A stretch of DNA of 59,472 nucleotides. It comes from Candidatus Kaiserbacteria bacterium. GTDB lineage: Bacteria; Patescibacteriota; Minisyncoccia; Phycocordibacterales; Phycocordibacteraceae. Of this stretch, positions 7,391-17,639 are shown in pieces. The stretch's first letter is position 1. Every line of letters starts with the position of its first letter. The stretch spans positions 1 through 59,472 of the forward strand of contig JAPLWI010000011.1 of NCBI GenBank assembly GCA_026396675.1, read 5' to 3'. The notes beneath the pieces were generated by a model. The model was not told where the DNA came from, searched no databases, and was given only the letters and a program-made list of their open reading frames with translations. The translations under genes and the position numbers were made by a program.

Positions 7391-8104
7391 ATGGGCCTCG
7401 TTGTCCCGGCCGTGCTTCTTTCCTCGAAGCAGGAGCTAGAGGAGAAGCTGGAACTTTTTTCTCGGATTTCTTCCATTACCCGAGTGCAGATTGACGTGGT
7501 CGATGGTCGTTTCGTTTCACCCACTTCATGGCCATACTCCGCCCCTCTGGAATTTTTAGAGATGATTAAGCATCGCGAAATGCTTCCGTACCTTGACCGT
7601 TTTGAATATGAAATTGATTTAATGTGTCTTGATGCTGAACAAGCGGCTGGAGCGTGGCTCGCTCTTGGCGCATCGCGCCTCATATTCCACGCTGAGAGTG
7701 CGACTGATCTACCACGACTTCTCGCATCAGCAAGGAAACGATATGGTGGCGGCGAATTTTCATCACTTGTTTCCTTCGGCATTGCTCTCAACATTGCAAG
7801 TGATCTCGCGCTTATTGAACCGTGTTTGGGTCAGATAGATTTCATACAATGTATGGGCATCGCGCAGATCGGACGACAAGGACAACCATTCGACAGACGC
7901 GTATTTGAGAAAGTACATGTACTTCGCAATCGTCATCCCGAAATTCCAATTCAAGTTGATGGCGGCATCTCGCTCGAAAACGCGCATGAGCTCGTTGCAC
8001 TAGGTGTTTCAAATCTCGTAATCGGTTCCGGTATTCTTCGCGCAAGCGATTCAATTACTGCAGTCGCGGCGTTTGAGGAACTTCAGAGTCCATACGGAGT
8101 TTGA
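7391..8104 (+). CDS. rpe: Ribulose-phosphate 3-epimerase
   Basis: QIDVVDGRF and IQVDGGI motifs; pentose-phosphate gene context. Confidence 0.88.
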   Translation: MGLVVPAVLLSSKQELEEKLELFSRISSITRVQIDVVDGRFVSPTSWPYSAPLEFLEMIKHREMLPYLDRFEYEIDLMCLDAEQAAGAWLALGASRLIFHAESATDLPRLLASARKRYGGGEFSSLVSFGIALNIASDLALIEPCLGQIDFIQCMGIAQIGRQGQPFDRRVFEKVHVLRNRHPEIPIQVDGGISLENAHELVALGVSNLVIGSGILRASDSITAVAAFEELQSPYGV

Positions 8105-8121
8105 TAAGGTATAATCTGAAA

Positions 8122-8994
8122 ATGCCGCCTGCGGATGCGAAAATAAAAGAACTTAAAGAAAAAGCGAGATTAATTCGCGAGACGGTTATTCGAATGCTCA
8201 CAACAGCAGGCAGTGGGCACACTGCCGGTTCCTTGGGCATGGCGGATATTTTTGCCGCATTCTATTTTCATATTTTAAAGCATGATCCGAAGAATCCGGA
8301 GTGGGAAGAACGCGACCGACTTATCCTTTCAAACGGACACATTTGTCCTGCATTGTATGCAGCGATGGCACACTCCGGTTATTTTCCTGTTGAAGAATGT
8401 TTAACTCTGTGTAAATTTGGCAGTCGGCTCCAAGGACATCCAGAACGCCTACGATTGCCCGGTATTGAAACAACTTCTGGGCCGCTCGGTGAAGGTCTCT
8501 CGCAAGCCGCCGGTATGGCGCTTGCGCTCCGTATGGGTATATGTCGAACACTCGGTGTTGAACACGCATGTCAAACACCGAGTGTTCGACACGAAAAACG
8601 AATTTATTGCGTGATGAGTGACGGCGAACAAGATGAGGGGAATACTTGGGAAGCAGTGATGTTCGCTGGGAAAAATAAATTGTCGAACCTTACGGCGATT
8701 ATTGATCGCAATGGTATTCAAATAGATGGAATGACTGAAGAGGTAATGCCACTAGAGCCGCTCGCGGACAAGTACCGCGCATTCAACTGGAATGTGCTTG
8801 AAGTGGACGGCAATGATATCTCCGCATTTGTCGTTGCGGTTGATGAGGCAAAAGCAAGTGAGAAACCGACTCTAATTATTGCGCACACCATTCCTGGCAA
8901 AGGCGTGCAAGAAATTGAGAATGATTATCACTGGCACGGGAAAGTTCCGACAAAAGAAGAATGCGAGCGGTTTATTAAATATTTAAACATTTAA
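8122..8994 (+). CDS. tkt: Transketolase N-terminal subunit (carries an in-frame REP insertion)
   Basis: GSGH, DRLILSNGH, LQGHP, TTSGPLG and SDGE..EG TPP-binding motifs. Confidence 0.95.
   Translation: MPPADAKIKELKEKARLIRETVIRMLTTAGSGHTAGSLGMADIFAAFYFHILKHDPKNPEWEERDRLILSNGHICPALYAAMAHSGYFPVEECLTLCKFGSRLQGHPERLRLPGIETTSGPLGEGLSQAAGMALALRMGICRTLGVEHACQTPSVRHEKRIYCVMSDGEQDEGNTWEAVMFAGKNKLSNLTAIIDRNGIQIDGMTEEVMPLEPLADKYRAFNWNVLEVDGNDISAFVVAVDEAKASEKPTLIIAHTIPGKGVQEIENDYHWHGKVPTKEECERFIKYLNI
8542..8591. repeat. Inverted REP doublet (REPIN-like) inside the tkt N-subunit
   Basis: TGTCGAACACTCGGTGTTGAACA (8542-8564) and inverted TGTCAAACACCGAGTGTTCGACA (8569-8591), same family as the RAYT flanks. 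Confidence 0.88.
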
Positions 8995-8996
8995 AT

Positions 8997-9995
8997 ATGA
9001 TAAATCCTGACGCAAAACTAAACGCAAAAGTGTTTGCGGATGATATTGAAAAAACGCCAGTGCGCAACGGTTTCGGAACGGGCATCGTGGAAGCAGGAAA
9101 GGCAGACCCACGTGTTGTCGTGCTCTGTGCTGATCTTGCAGAGAGCACGCGTGCGGAATCATTTAAAAAAATATTTCCCGAACGATTTATTGAAATGGGT
9201 GTCGCCGAACAGAATATGGCGACAGTCGCCGCCGGCATGGCAGCCGCAGGAAAAATTCCTTTCATCACATCGTACGCAGTATTTTCTCCAGGCCGTAATT
9301 ACGAACAAATTCGCACAACCATCGCGCTCAATAAAATGTCGGTAAAAATATGTGGCATGCATGCAGGCGTTTCTGTTGGCGCTGACGGAGCGACGCACCA
9401 AATGTTGGAAGACATCGGAATGATGCGGACACTTCCGGGAATGGCAGTTATTGTTCCTTGTGATGCGGAAGAAGCAAGAAAAGCAGTCATCGTAGCAGCG
9501 AAGACAGACGGTCCTGTTTATATTCGCTTTGGACGCTCTGCAACACCGGTCTTCACAACATCAGAGACCCCTTTTCAGATAGGAAAATCTTTAACGTTGT
9601 GGGATTCAAATCCGTCAGCTGGTGGACCAAAAGTCGCAATTCTTTCAACCGGTTCATTAAGTTATGCTGCCCTAGCGGCAGCGAACGAGCTCTCAAAAAA
9701 TGGCGTAGAATCAATCGTTTTGCACATTTCAACTATCAAACCATTGGATGAAGAAGCAGTACTTAATGCGGCAAAACGTGCTGGTCGCATTGTCACTGTT
9801 GAAGAACACCAAGTTGCCGGCGGTTTCGGGAGTGCCATCGCCGAATTTCTTTCAGAGACATATCCTGTTCCGATAAAAAGAATCGGCGTCCTCGATCAGT
9901 TCGGTCAATCCGGTTCTCCAGAAGAGCTGTTGGCGCATTATGGGCTAGACGCTCTCCACATAGCGGATACCATACGTGCGTTTGTGCTTATATAA
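8997..9995 (+). CDS. tkt: Transketolase C-terminal subunit
   Basis: ADL..ST, MGVAEQN, DGATHQ, GPVYIR and VEEHQ..GG motifs. Confidence 0.95.
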   Translation: MINPDAKLNAKVFADDIEKTPVRNGFGTGIVEAGKADPRVVVLCADLAESTRAESFKKIFPERFIEMGVAEQNMATVAAGMAAAGKIPFITSYAVFSPGRNYEQIRTTIALNKMSVKICGMHAGVSVGADGATHQMLEDIGMMRTLPGMAVIVPCDAEEARKAVIVAAKTDGPVYIRFGRSATPVFTTSETPFQIGKSLTLWDSNPSAGGPKVAILSTGSLSYAALAAANELSKNGVESIVLHISTIKPLDEEAVLNAAKRAGRIVTVEEHQVAGGFGSAIAEFLSETYPVPIKRIGVLDQFGQSGSPEELLAHYGLDALHIADTIRAFVLI

Positions 9996-10003
9996 TAAAT
10001 AAT

Positions 10004-10147
10004 ATGAAGGGACGAATAAATTTTTATTTTTCAATGTTACTCGTTGCTATTATGGGCGCTGGTGCAACATTACTCATAATGCATGTTGCAAACGCAAATT
10101 CATTCTCTACAATAACTCAACGCGAAATTCTGCAGGAGCTTCGGTGA
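10004..10147 (+). CDS. Small single-TM protein (47 aa), not in the ORF track
   Basis: MKGRINFYFSMLLVAIMGAGATLLIMHVANANSF...; TATAAT just upstream. Overlaps the pfkB 3' end. Confidence 0.5.
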   Translation: MKGRINFYFSMLLVAIMGAGATLLIMHVANANSFSTITQREILQELR

Positions 10148-11090
10148 GAAATTTTTCAAGTGTCTTGCGCGTGAGGAGACCTTTCTGCGCGCCAATTTCC
10201 TGCACGACAGACATCGCATTTATCGGTCCCCAGAGAAGCGCTTCATCAAGCGATTTGCCGAGCGCGAGTGCTGCGACAATTGACGAAGTTGATGCATCGC
10301 CAGCGCCAGTGCGATCTAGTGGCGGTTTCGGATCCGGATACATAGGCACTTTAAATATTTTTTCGCCGTTGCTGGCATAAGCGCCATTAACACCGTCCGT
10401 GATGAGAACTATCTTCGGACCGAGTGCATGCATTTTTTCAAGAAGCGTTTTTATATCCGTTTCTCCAACTACAAGGATGCGCTCCGCCTCTTCTTTATTA
10501 CATGCAATAAGTTCTGTTCTGGTATAAAGAGCACTGAGTTTTTCCTTTCCCATTTCCATCTGGAACGTGCCGGGCTGGAAGGCGAGTTTCGTCTCAGGAT
10601 GTGCGGCAAGCCACTCCGTTAGTTCGGCATGAAATGATTCAGAATTTTTGCCGATTGAAGAAAGATATATCCATTTCGGCGGTTTAAATTCTTTAGGAAT
10701 GATATATGGATAATCCTCATGTCGGATAAGAATAGTACGGTCTGATTCATACCAAAGTACGAAATGATGATTTGTAGGGATGTTATCATTTACGGCGACA
10801 TATTTTGTATCAACTCCTTCGCGCATGAATGTCGCAAGAATCTCTTTACCAAAATAATCATTACCAACATTTGAGACGAATCCAGAGGAGAGACCAAGAC
10901 GTGCGGCGGCGACCGCCGCGTTAGCTGCATTTCCAACAGCAGGTACGGACACAACAAAATCGTAGGGAATTTTGTCGCCCCACGGCATAGAAATAGTGCA
11001 GTTCGTATTATTATTGTCGCAATTAATCTGTGCTTCTTTGAGCCGAATAAATTCATCAACTGTTGTGTCGCCGATAGCAATAAAGTCCAT
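10107..11090 (-). CDS. PfkB-family carbohydrate kinase
   Basis: GNAANAAVAAARLG and DRTGAGD motifs. Confidence 0.92.
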   Translation of the reverse strand: MDFIAIGDTTVDEFIRLKEAQINCDNNNTNCTISMPWGDKIPYDFVVSVPAVGNAANAAVAAARLGLSSGFVSNVGNDYFGKEILATFMREGVDTKYVAVNDNIPTNHHFVLWYESDRTILIRHEDYPYIIPKEFKPPKWIYLSSIGKNSESFHAELTEWLAAHPETKLAFQPGTFQMEMGKEKLSALYTRTELIACNKEEAERILVVGETDIKTLLEKMHALGPKIVLITDGVNGAYASNGEKIFKVPMYPDPKPPLDRTGAGDASTSSIVAALALGKSLDEALLWGPINAMSVVQEIGAQKGLLTRKTLEKFLTEAPAEFRVELL

Positions 11091-11123
11091 CCGACAATTC
11101 TAACACGTGTTAACATTAGTTTT

Positions 11124-12122
11124 ATGACTGATCTTGTCGCAACGGCTCGTTCACTTTTCGCACCAGGTAAAGGAATCCTTGCCGCTGATGAAAGTGTGCA
11201 TACCGCAACAGAGCGTCTTGCTGCACATAACATCACCACGAGCGCGGAGATGCGCCGGCAGTATCGCGATCTCTTCATCGGTACTATCGGCATCGAGCAG
11301 TATTTATCGGGCGTTATACTTTTCTCTGAAACGCTTCTAGAAAAAGGGAATGATAAAAAATTATTTTCTGCATCGCTCACAAAGCGAGGCATCATGACTG
11401 GCGTGAAAGTTGATCTCGGAACTGAACCATTCCCAGCGAGCCAGCACGAACTCATTACGCAAGGGCTTCTCGATCTACCAGAGCGCATCGCCAAATATAA
11501 GAAACAAGGAGCCGTCTTTACTAAATGGCGCACAGTTTTTTGCATTGACGGCGGTACACTCCCATCTGCACAAGCGATACACGAGAACGCGAAACGACTC
11601 GCAAGTTATGCGAAGGACTCGCAAACTGCAGGTCTCGTTCCTATTCTAGAGTCGGAAGTTTTGTTCAAAGGGAAACACAGCCGCACTCGTGCTCGCACGG
11701 TTATTGAAGAAACGTTACAAACGTTATTTTCTGTACTCGACGAACACGCAGTTGATCGTGCAAGCATCATTTTGAAGACATCCATGGCGCTTTCAGGAGA
11801 TGCGAACGAGAAGAAAGATTTACCAGAAGAAGTTGCCGAGGACACACTCGCGGCGTTGTTAAAAAGTGTACCGCGACAGATAGCGGGTATTGTTTTTCTT
11901 TCAGGTGGACAGACGCCTGATCAGGCGACCGACAATTTGTCTGCAATTTGTCAGTTGTCCAAAAAGGATGGAGGAACTACTCCGTGGCCGATTTCGTTTT
12001 CATTCGCACGGGCACTTCAAGAAGAAGCGCTTTCTTCCTGGAAAGGGAAGGAAGAAAATATTTCTGTCGCTCGCGCGGCATTTCTCGCGCGTCTCGCGAA
12101 GGTTTCCGCCGTACTCATATAA
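11124..12122 (+). CDS. Fructose-bisphosphate aldolase class I (eukaryote-type)
   Basis: GKGILAADES, GVKVD, KWR, FLSGGQ and FSFARALQ motifs. Confidence 0.93.
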   Translation: MTDLVATARSLFAPGKGILAADESVHTATERLAAHNITTSAEMRRQYRDLFIGTIGIEQYLSGVILFSETLLEKGNDKKLFSASLTKRGIMTGVKVDLGTEPFPASQHELITQGLLDLPERIAKYKKQGAVFTKWRTVFCIDGGTLPSAQAIHENAKRLASYAKDSQTAGLVPILESEVLFKGKHSRTRARTVIEETLQTLFSVLDEHAVDRASIILKTSMALSGDANEKKDLPEEVAEDTLAALLKSVPRQIAGIVFLSGGQTPDQATDNLSAICQLSKKDGGTTPWPISFSFARALQEEALSSWKGKEENISVARAAFLARLAKVSAVLI

Positions 12123-12159
12123 TTGCTTTCTTTCACGCTTTCCCGTATATTCAAACATC

Positions 12160-12798
12160 ATGCTTACTCTTACGGTAGAAAAGAGGAAAGACGGCGGCAA
12201 GAGCGCCGCTGAGCTACGCCGCGCTGGATTTATTCCTGCGGTAGTTTATGGCGCACATCACGCTGCTACACCGATCTCCATGCAGGCACGCGCGTTTGAA
12301 AAAGTTTTGAAAGAGGCCGGCGAAGCGACAATCGTTTCGCTCACAGGTCTCGGTACACCACTCCCAACGCTCATACATGAGGTTAATTTCGATCCAATCA
12401 CGAATCAACCACGTCATGTTGATTTCTATGCGGTAACCAAGGGCGAAAAAGTTGAAGTAGCAATTCCTCTCTCATTTGTCGGCGAATCACCGGCAGTGGA
12501 GGCAGGAGCGAATCTTGTGAAGGTTCTCCACGAACTTGAGGTTGAGGCAGATCCAATGAATCTTCCGCATGCCATTGAAGTTGATATCTCCGTGCTGAAA
12601 GAGATTGATGACCAAATTCACGCGAAGGATCTAAAACTCCCTTCTGGGGCCGCACTCATCACTGAACCAGATGATGTGGTCGCGCTCATACAAGAAGTTG
12701 TTATTGAAAAGGAAGAATTGCCGGCACCGGCAGATATCGGCTCAATTGAAGTAGAAAAGAAAGGCAAAGAGGAAACGGAAGAAACACCGGAGGCGTGA
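12160..12798 (+). CDS. rplY: 50S ribosomal protein L25/Ctc
   Basis: LRRAGFIPAVVYG and HVDF motifs, plus the Ctc C-terminal domain. Confidence 0.93.
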   Translation: MLTLTVEKRKDGGKSAAELRRAGFIPAVVYGAHHAATPISMQARAFEKVLKEAGEATIVSLTGLGTPLPTLIHEVNFDPITNQPRHVDFYAVTKGEKVEVAIPLSFVGESPAVEAGANLVKVLHELEVEADPMNLPHAIEVDISVLKEIDDQIHAKDLKLPSGAALITEPDDVVALIQEVVIEKEELPAPADIGSIEVEKKGKEETEETPEA

Positions 12799-12813
12799 TA
12801 AAATAAACTGGCA

Positions 12814-14088
12814 ATGCGTCAGTTTATTTTTCTTGTTTTCTGGTGCGCACTTATCGGCGCACCTTCTGTTGTACTTGCGCAGAGTGTGGCGCAGGCGGCC
12901 ACCAATTACGAACAGCAATTACGGGATAAACTAGCAGATGTTGAGAACCAGATTGCCGCTCAGCAACAATTGTTGAATGGCGATATCGGCGTGCATAATA
13001 AAACGCTTTCTTCGCTTTCTGGGCAATTATCGGCAGAAAAAGAATCGCTCGCTCAGATTCTCCGACAGACCCAAGTGCTTGATGACTACTCTGTCGTCAG
13101 TGTTGCACTCGGCTCCCAGAGCGTCTCTGGTTTCTTCAGTGATCTTGACGCTTTTACTTCTATAAAAAGTTCACTTGCAAAATCATTTGCTCATATTCAA
13201 CAAACAAGCGTTTCAACCGAAGCAGAGAAGGAAACACTCCAAGCACGACTCGCGGAACAAGAACAGTTGCGCACCGTTGCACAGCTCGCCAAGCAGCAGG
13301 TTCAAGCACAAGAACAAGATAAACAGAAACTTCTGACGCAGACTAAAGGCGTTGAAGCAAATTATCAGAAAATGATTGCGACGAACCAGAAGACCGCGGC
13401 ACAGATTCGCTCAGAACTCTTCACCCTGCGAGATTCGGCGGCGATACCGTTCGGCACTGCGCTGACCTATGCTGAAGCGGCTGAGAAGGCGACCGGCACA
13501 CGCGCAGCAGTAACGCTCGGAGTTTTGAAACAAGAGACGAACCTCGGCGAAAATCTCGGCACAGGGTCGTGGCGCGTTGATATGTCGCCGACGCGCGACC
13601 AGCCGGTTTTCTCCTATATCACACAAACGCTCGGTCTCGACCCTGACAAAATGCCGGTCTCTCGGAAGCCGTCGTATGGTTGGGGCGGCGCGATGGGGCC
13701 TGGACAATTCATTCCTTCAACTTGGGTTTGTTATGGCGGATTCGTGAACACAAATACCGGAACCTGTTCTCCGCCATCTGGCGCAGGCAGTTCATTCTGG
13801 CAAGGTCCATGGCAATACTCTTCTAGTAAAGACCGTGTGCGAAAACTACTCGGCGCATCCTCGCCGAGTAATCCATGGACAGCACAAGTCGCGATTATGG
13901 CGACCGCGATGCTTATGGCGGACAACGGCGCGTCTGCACAAACGCCTTCTGCCGAACGGCTCGCGGCACTCCGCTACTTCGCCGGATGGACGCATGCGAA
14001 CAATCCCGCTTACGCATTCTACGGTGACGGTGTAATGGAATTCGCCGCCGGATTCCAGCAGGATATAAATCAACTGGGTGGGCCATAA
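12814..14088 (+). CDS. Secreted coiled-coil protein with a C-terminal lytic-transglycosylase (SLT-like) domain
   Basis: Signal peptide and long coiled coil, then QETNLG and GGAMGPGQFIPSTW. Confidence 0.8.
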   Translation: MRQFIFLVFWCALIGAPSVVLAQSVAQAATNYEQQLRDKLADVENQIAAQQQLLNGDIGVHNKTLSSLSGQLSAEKESLAQILRQTQVLDDYSVVSVALGSQSVSGFFSDLDAFTSIKSSLAKSFAHIQQTSVSTEAEKETLQARLAEQEQLRTVAQLAKQQVQAQEQDKQKLLTQTKGVEANYQKMIATNQKTAAQIRSELFTLRDSAAIPFGTALTYAEAAEKATGTRAAVTLGVLKQETNLGENLGTGSWRVDMSPTRDQPVFSYITQTLGLDPDKMPVSRKPSYGWGGAMGPGQFIPSTWVCYGGFVNTNTGTCSPPSGAGSSFWQGPWQYSSSKDRVRKLLGASSPSNPWTAQVAIMATAMLMADNGASAQTPSAERLAALRYFAGWTHANNPAYAFYGDGVMEFAAGFQQDINQLGGP

Positions 14089-14144
14089 ATATACACCGGT
14101 GTTATTTTTTTTAGCATCCGCGCGATGATACACTATATACACAT

Positions 14145-14729
14145 ATGAAACCCCATTATCTCCTTCCCATATTCGCCGTATTATTCACCGCCGCTGTCTC
14201 ATTTGGCTTGAATGCTCTTGCCTCAACCTTCTCTGAACCATCTGGTTCTCCAACCAGCTATAACGCTCCCGCGCCACTTGATACCAGTGCAAATGCAAAT
14301 GCAAAAGCAGGAGGCCTTCTCCTTAACAGCGGCGGTGCGGCCAACGGTCTCATCGTGCAATACGGCAAAGTCGGCATCGACAAAACAAACCCAGCATTTG
14401 CATTAGATGTGAGCGGAGCAGTCAACGGCACGCAACTCTGTATCAACGGAACTTGTTATTCGAGTTGGCCGGCAGGACCAACTGGCGCAACAGGTTCGGC
14501 AGGTGCCACGGGCGCAACTGGCGCAACTGGCGCTACGGGACCACAAGGACCAGCTGGGCCAACAAATGTTGGATACGCCATCTATTCCTGTCCTGCGACC
14601 TGTTATTCTCCCTATCAGGACTGGGTCACCCCATTCTTAAGTACCCAATCTTCTTGTTTTTGTAATGGTTGTGCATACGGACTGTATCAATGGTTTTCTT
14701 GCACTTATGTTGGCCACTTGGAACCATAA
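14145..14729 (+). CDS. Secreted fibre-like protein with collagen G-X-Y repeats and a Cys-rich tip
   Basis: Signal peptide, KVGI...P...LDVSG fibre repeat, (GAT)n collagen stretch and six Cys in the C-terminus. Confidence 0.7.
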   Translation: MKPHYLLPIFAVLFTAAVSFGLNALASTFSEPSGSPTSYNAPAPLDTSANANAKAGGLLLNSGGAANGLIVQYGKVGIDKTNPAFALDVSGAVNGTQLCINGTCYSSWPAGPTGATGSAGATGATGATGATGPQGPAGPTNVGYAIYSCPATCYSPYQDWVTPFLSTQSSCFCNGCAYGLYQWFSCTYVGHLEP

Positions 14730-14740
14730 AATATAATTGC

Positions 14741-15292
14741 ATGAAAGAAACAATCACCACCCTGTTAGTTCTAATCATCGGAATCACCATTGGTTTTGCA
14801 GGAGGTAAATATATCAACATCAAAGTAGCCGATTCTAGTTGTGAAGCGAAATTGGCAAAAGCTAAAGCGATGTTTCCTTCAGCACAAGATGTGAGAGGTG
14901 TTTCTGGGAAGATAAGTGGAATCAATGGAAATACAGTTACTATTGCGGTGAACGAAACCAGCCCATTTGATGATTCGCCGACCGCGAGGGAAGTGGTTGT
15001 CGGAGAAAATACTAAAATAGTAAAGATGGATTTTAAAGATCAGACAGTATTTAAACAAGAGTTGGAAGAATATCAGAAGATAACCAGTGCCCAAACCGAC
15101 AAGACCAAGATTCCGACCCCTCCAATACCTTTCACAGAGAAAGAAATCTCGCTTTCTGACTTAAAAGTCGGAGATCAGATCACCGTTGAAGCCGGAGAGA
15201 ATATCAAAACAGAGACAAAGTTCACAGCAACGAAAATAACACTTCAGGTTATTCCGGCTGTTTCTAAAACAGCTCCAGCAGCACCGAATTAA
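14741..15292 (+). CDS. Membrane-anchored hypothetical protein (OB-like, DUF5666-like)
   Basis: N-terminal TM helix; GKISGINGN..I and LSDLKVGDQITV segments. Confidence 0.6.
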   Translation: MKETITTLLVLIIGITIGFAGGKYINIKVADSSCEAKLAKAKAMFPSAQDVRGVSGKISGINGNTVTIAVNETSPFDDSPTAREVVVGENTKIVKMDFKDQTVFKQELEEYQKITSAQTDKTKIPTPPIPFTEKEISLSDLKVGDQITVEAGENIKTETKFTATKITLQVIPAVSKTAPAAPN

Positions 15293-15297
15293 CAAAT

Positions 15298-15639
15298 ATG
15301 AACATCATACCGCTACAGGAAATGATTAATCATACAAACCCTAGAGGGAAGTGGCGGGTATGGATTCTGTTTTCAATTGTGGTGATTATTGTTGGGTGGC
15401 TTGGAGTGGCGTGGTTCCTCGGTTTTTTCCCGTTCTCGTATAAAACAACTTTGCAGCAACAGGCCTATCAGAAAGTGTATGACTCGCTCACTGCGACCGG
15501 GACTTCCGAAACTATTCCGAACACGGTGCTAAAAGAACTTACTGCGACATCATCGAGCCCAACTCAATCAACAAAGTCATCGCAGGAAACGCCGACCATT
15601 ACTTCTTCTGTGCTGGATTCGCTCACTCCAAAAAGATAA
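15298..15639 (+). CDS. Single-TM hypothetical protein
   Basis: One TM segment and an S/T-rich tail; operonic spacing. Confidence 0.6.
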   Translation: MNIIPLQEMINHTNPRGKWRVWILFSIVVIIVGWLGVAWFLGFFPFSYKTTLQQQAYQKVYDSLTATGTSETIPNTVLKELTATSSSPTQSTKSSQETPTITSSVLDSLTPKR

Positions 15640-15640
15640 T

Positions 15641-16864
15641 ATGCCTTTATTATCTAAAACTTCTCGCATAATTCTTCTCGGACTGCTCGTACTTGCTGCC
15701 GGCACATTGTTTTTTGGCAAAGTATCTATTACGAAAGCCGATTCTACTTCTCTGCCGATAACCGGCTATGCGTGGTCTGATTATCTTGGCTGGATTCATT
15801 TCAACGGTAGCAATTACGGCGTGTATGAGGATTCTACAACCGGAAAACTTTCCGGCTATGCGTGGTCGCCATACTTCGGTTGGATAACATTCAACGAAAG
15901 CGAACTTAATGATTGTCCTTCCGGCTCTTGTCAGGCGAATATTTCTGGTAATGGCTCAGTAACCGGTTGGGCGCGTTCCTGTGCGTCTTTTTCTAATAAA
16001 AATGCCTGTAGCGGCTCTCTCGATTCTGGAAGCGGCGGATGGGACGGTTGGATTCACCTGTCTGGTTCAGGTTATAGCATTACTTCAGCAGCCAACAGTT
16101 GTTGGTCCGGATATGCCTACGGTTCGCAGGATATTGGTTTTATTAAATTTGCGGGCACTGCTGCTGACGGTTATGCCTATAGAGTCGGCGGTCCTTCTTG
16201 TGGCGATTGTACAAATGGCGCGAATAATTATCCGACCTGCAACACTTGTTCTGACCCGTTCGTGTGGGCCGGCTCCTCATCTTCCTGTGTCGCATGTAGT
16301 AATGGAGGATGCACTGGAGGCGTATGTAACAATGGCACAAACAATCCTCCAACCTGCACCATATTTGCGCCAGCCGCGACTCTATCTGCGAACCCATCAA
16401 CAATCGACAGCGGTCAATCAACAACTCTGATATGGAGTTCTACACATTCAACATCTTGCACAGCAGCTGGAGGATTTTCAACGGGCGGCGCTACTTCGGG
16501 TAGCGTCTCCAGTGGTCCTCTCACACAGAATCCATCAATCTTCCAAATCACCTGCTCGAATTCGGACAACACATCTCAACCGGCTTCTGCCACCGTTACG
16601 GTTCTTTCTCCGGATGCGACCATCAGTGCAACCCCTTCTCGCGTCAATTCTGGCGATACCTCCATAATTTCTTGGAGTTCATCAGATGCAAATAGTTGTG
16701 CAGTTACGAGAAACGGTATTGCGTGGAAGACCGGTCTTAGTTCTTCAGGTATATCCGACACCATTACTTCGCAGACCGTCTACACTATCACCTGTCAAAC
16801 CAATGGCACCCCGATAAATAAATCAGTTACGGTAAACATCCTTTCTGGCTTCCAAGAATTCTAA
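15641..16864 (+). CDS. Secreted Cys/Ser/Gly-rich protein with GYAWS-x-GWI repeats and two C-terminal Ig-like modules
   Basis: Signal peptide, repeated G(Y/W)A(W/R)S...GWI, and ATLSANPS.I..G....L.W modules; ends in FQEF. Confidence 0.75.
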   Translation: MPLLSKTSRIILLGLLVLAAGTLFFGKVSITKADSTSLPITGYAWSDYLGWIHFNGSNYGVYEDSTTGKLSGYAWSPYFGWITFNESELNDCPSGSCQANISGNGSVTGWARSCASFSNKNACSGSLDSGSGGWDGWIHLSGSGYSITSAANSCWSGYAYGSQDIGFIKFAGTAADGYAYRVGGPSCGDCTNGANNYPTCNTCSDPFVWAGSSSSCVACSNGGCTGGVCNNGTNNPPTCTIFAPAATLSANPSTIDSGQSTTLIWSSTHSTSCTAAGGFSTGGATSGSVSSGPLTQNPSIFQITCSNSDNTSQPASATVTVLSPDATISATPSRVNSGDTSIISWSSSDANSCAVTRNGIAWKTGLSSSGISDTITSQTVYTITCQTNGTPINKSVTVNILSGFQEF

Positions 16865-16870
16865 GTCCGC

Positions 16871-16946
16871 TTGACAATTATATATTATAGTATATTCTTT
16901 CTTTCAGAAAAGGTAAGACGGTTGTCTCGCCAAAAAAAGGAGGATT
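16871..16946 (+). promoter_or_regulatory. Sigma70 promoter and strong SD for the ORF at 16951
   Basis: TTGACA at 16871, an AT-rich -10 region (TATTCT about 16893), and AGGAGG shortly before the ATG. Confidence 0.6.
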
Positions 16947-16950
16947 ATCT

Positions 16951-17547
16951 ATGAAAAAGATAACAATGTTCTTTGTAATCGTGTTTCTTGTTTTTGGGTT
17001 ATCAGCACAGTCCGCAGAGATGAAACCGTTTCTTCTTGAGCACTATGGCTGGACTATTGACATCAAACAAGGTGGGAGGTTTGATTTCTGGAACATCGAA
17101 TGTTCCGCAACAACACAACTCCTTCCAAAGGATGGGGTTAATGTCTTCAAGAACTGGGTCTGTCGGCAGAAAGACAAGGAATATTGGACGGTCTCTCTTT
17201 GGCGAGTTCCGTCCGTTAAGTCGACCGCGATTGAGGCAATGGTCTATCGCACAATGTCTGAAGGGCTCGGCTACGGAAAGGTAACTTGTAGAGAAGAAGT
17301 ATTCCCGTCGGCCGCGGATCCGAAAGGAGTTATCAATGATTGTGAAGTTCCTCTTCAGCATGGGACATTTTATGTCTCGTTCTACCACTTCAACATTCCG
17401 ATGCCTGAAGGATCGACATTTGTCGATAATGACGGGAAGAAGCCGGAGACACTCGGCTTCACCATCTGGGTTCAAAATGCTGGAATATCGAACCCAGCTG
17501 TTAAAGGAAGATTGCGAGAACTCGTTTCCGCGATCAGGAAGAAATAA
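16951..17547 (+). CDS. Secreted hypothetical protein (stand-alone cassette)
   Basis: Signal peptide, four Cys, and its own promoter, SD and terminator. Confidence 0.7.
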   Translation: MKKITMFFVIVFLVFGLSAQSAEMKPFLLEHYGWTIDIKQGGRFDFWNIECSATTQLLPKDGVNVFKNWVCRQKDKEYWTVSLWRVPSVKSTAIEAMVYRTMSEGLGYGKVTCREEVFPSAADPKGVINDCEVPLQHGTFYVSFYHFNIPMPEGSTFVDNDGKKPETLGFTIWVQNAGISNPAVKGRLRELVSAIRKK

Positions 17548-17566
17548 GTTCTTTAAGGTTGTTCTT

Positions 17567-17596
17567 AATGCCGCCGCATTTAACGGGCGGCATTTT
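17567..17596 (+). terminator. Intrinsic terminator
   Basis: AATGCCGCC...GGCGGCATT followed by T's. Confidence 0.65.
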
Positions 17597-17639
17597 GATT
17601 TAAGGAATGGTATGATTCGAATCACAAATATGTCTTTCT

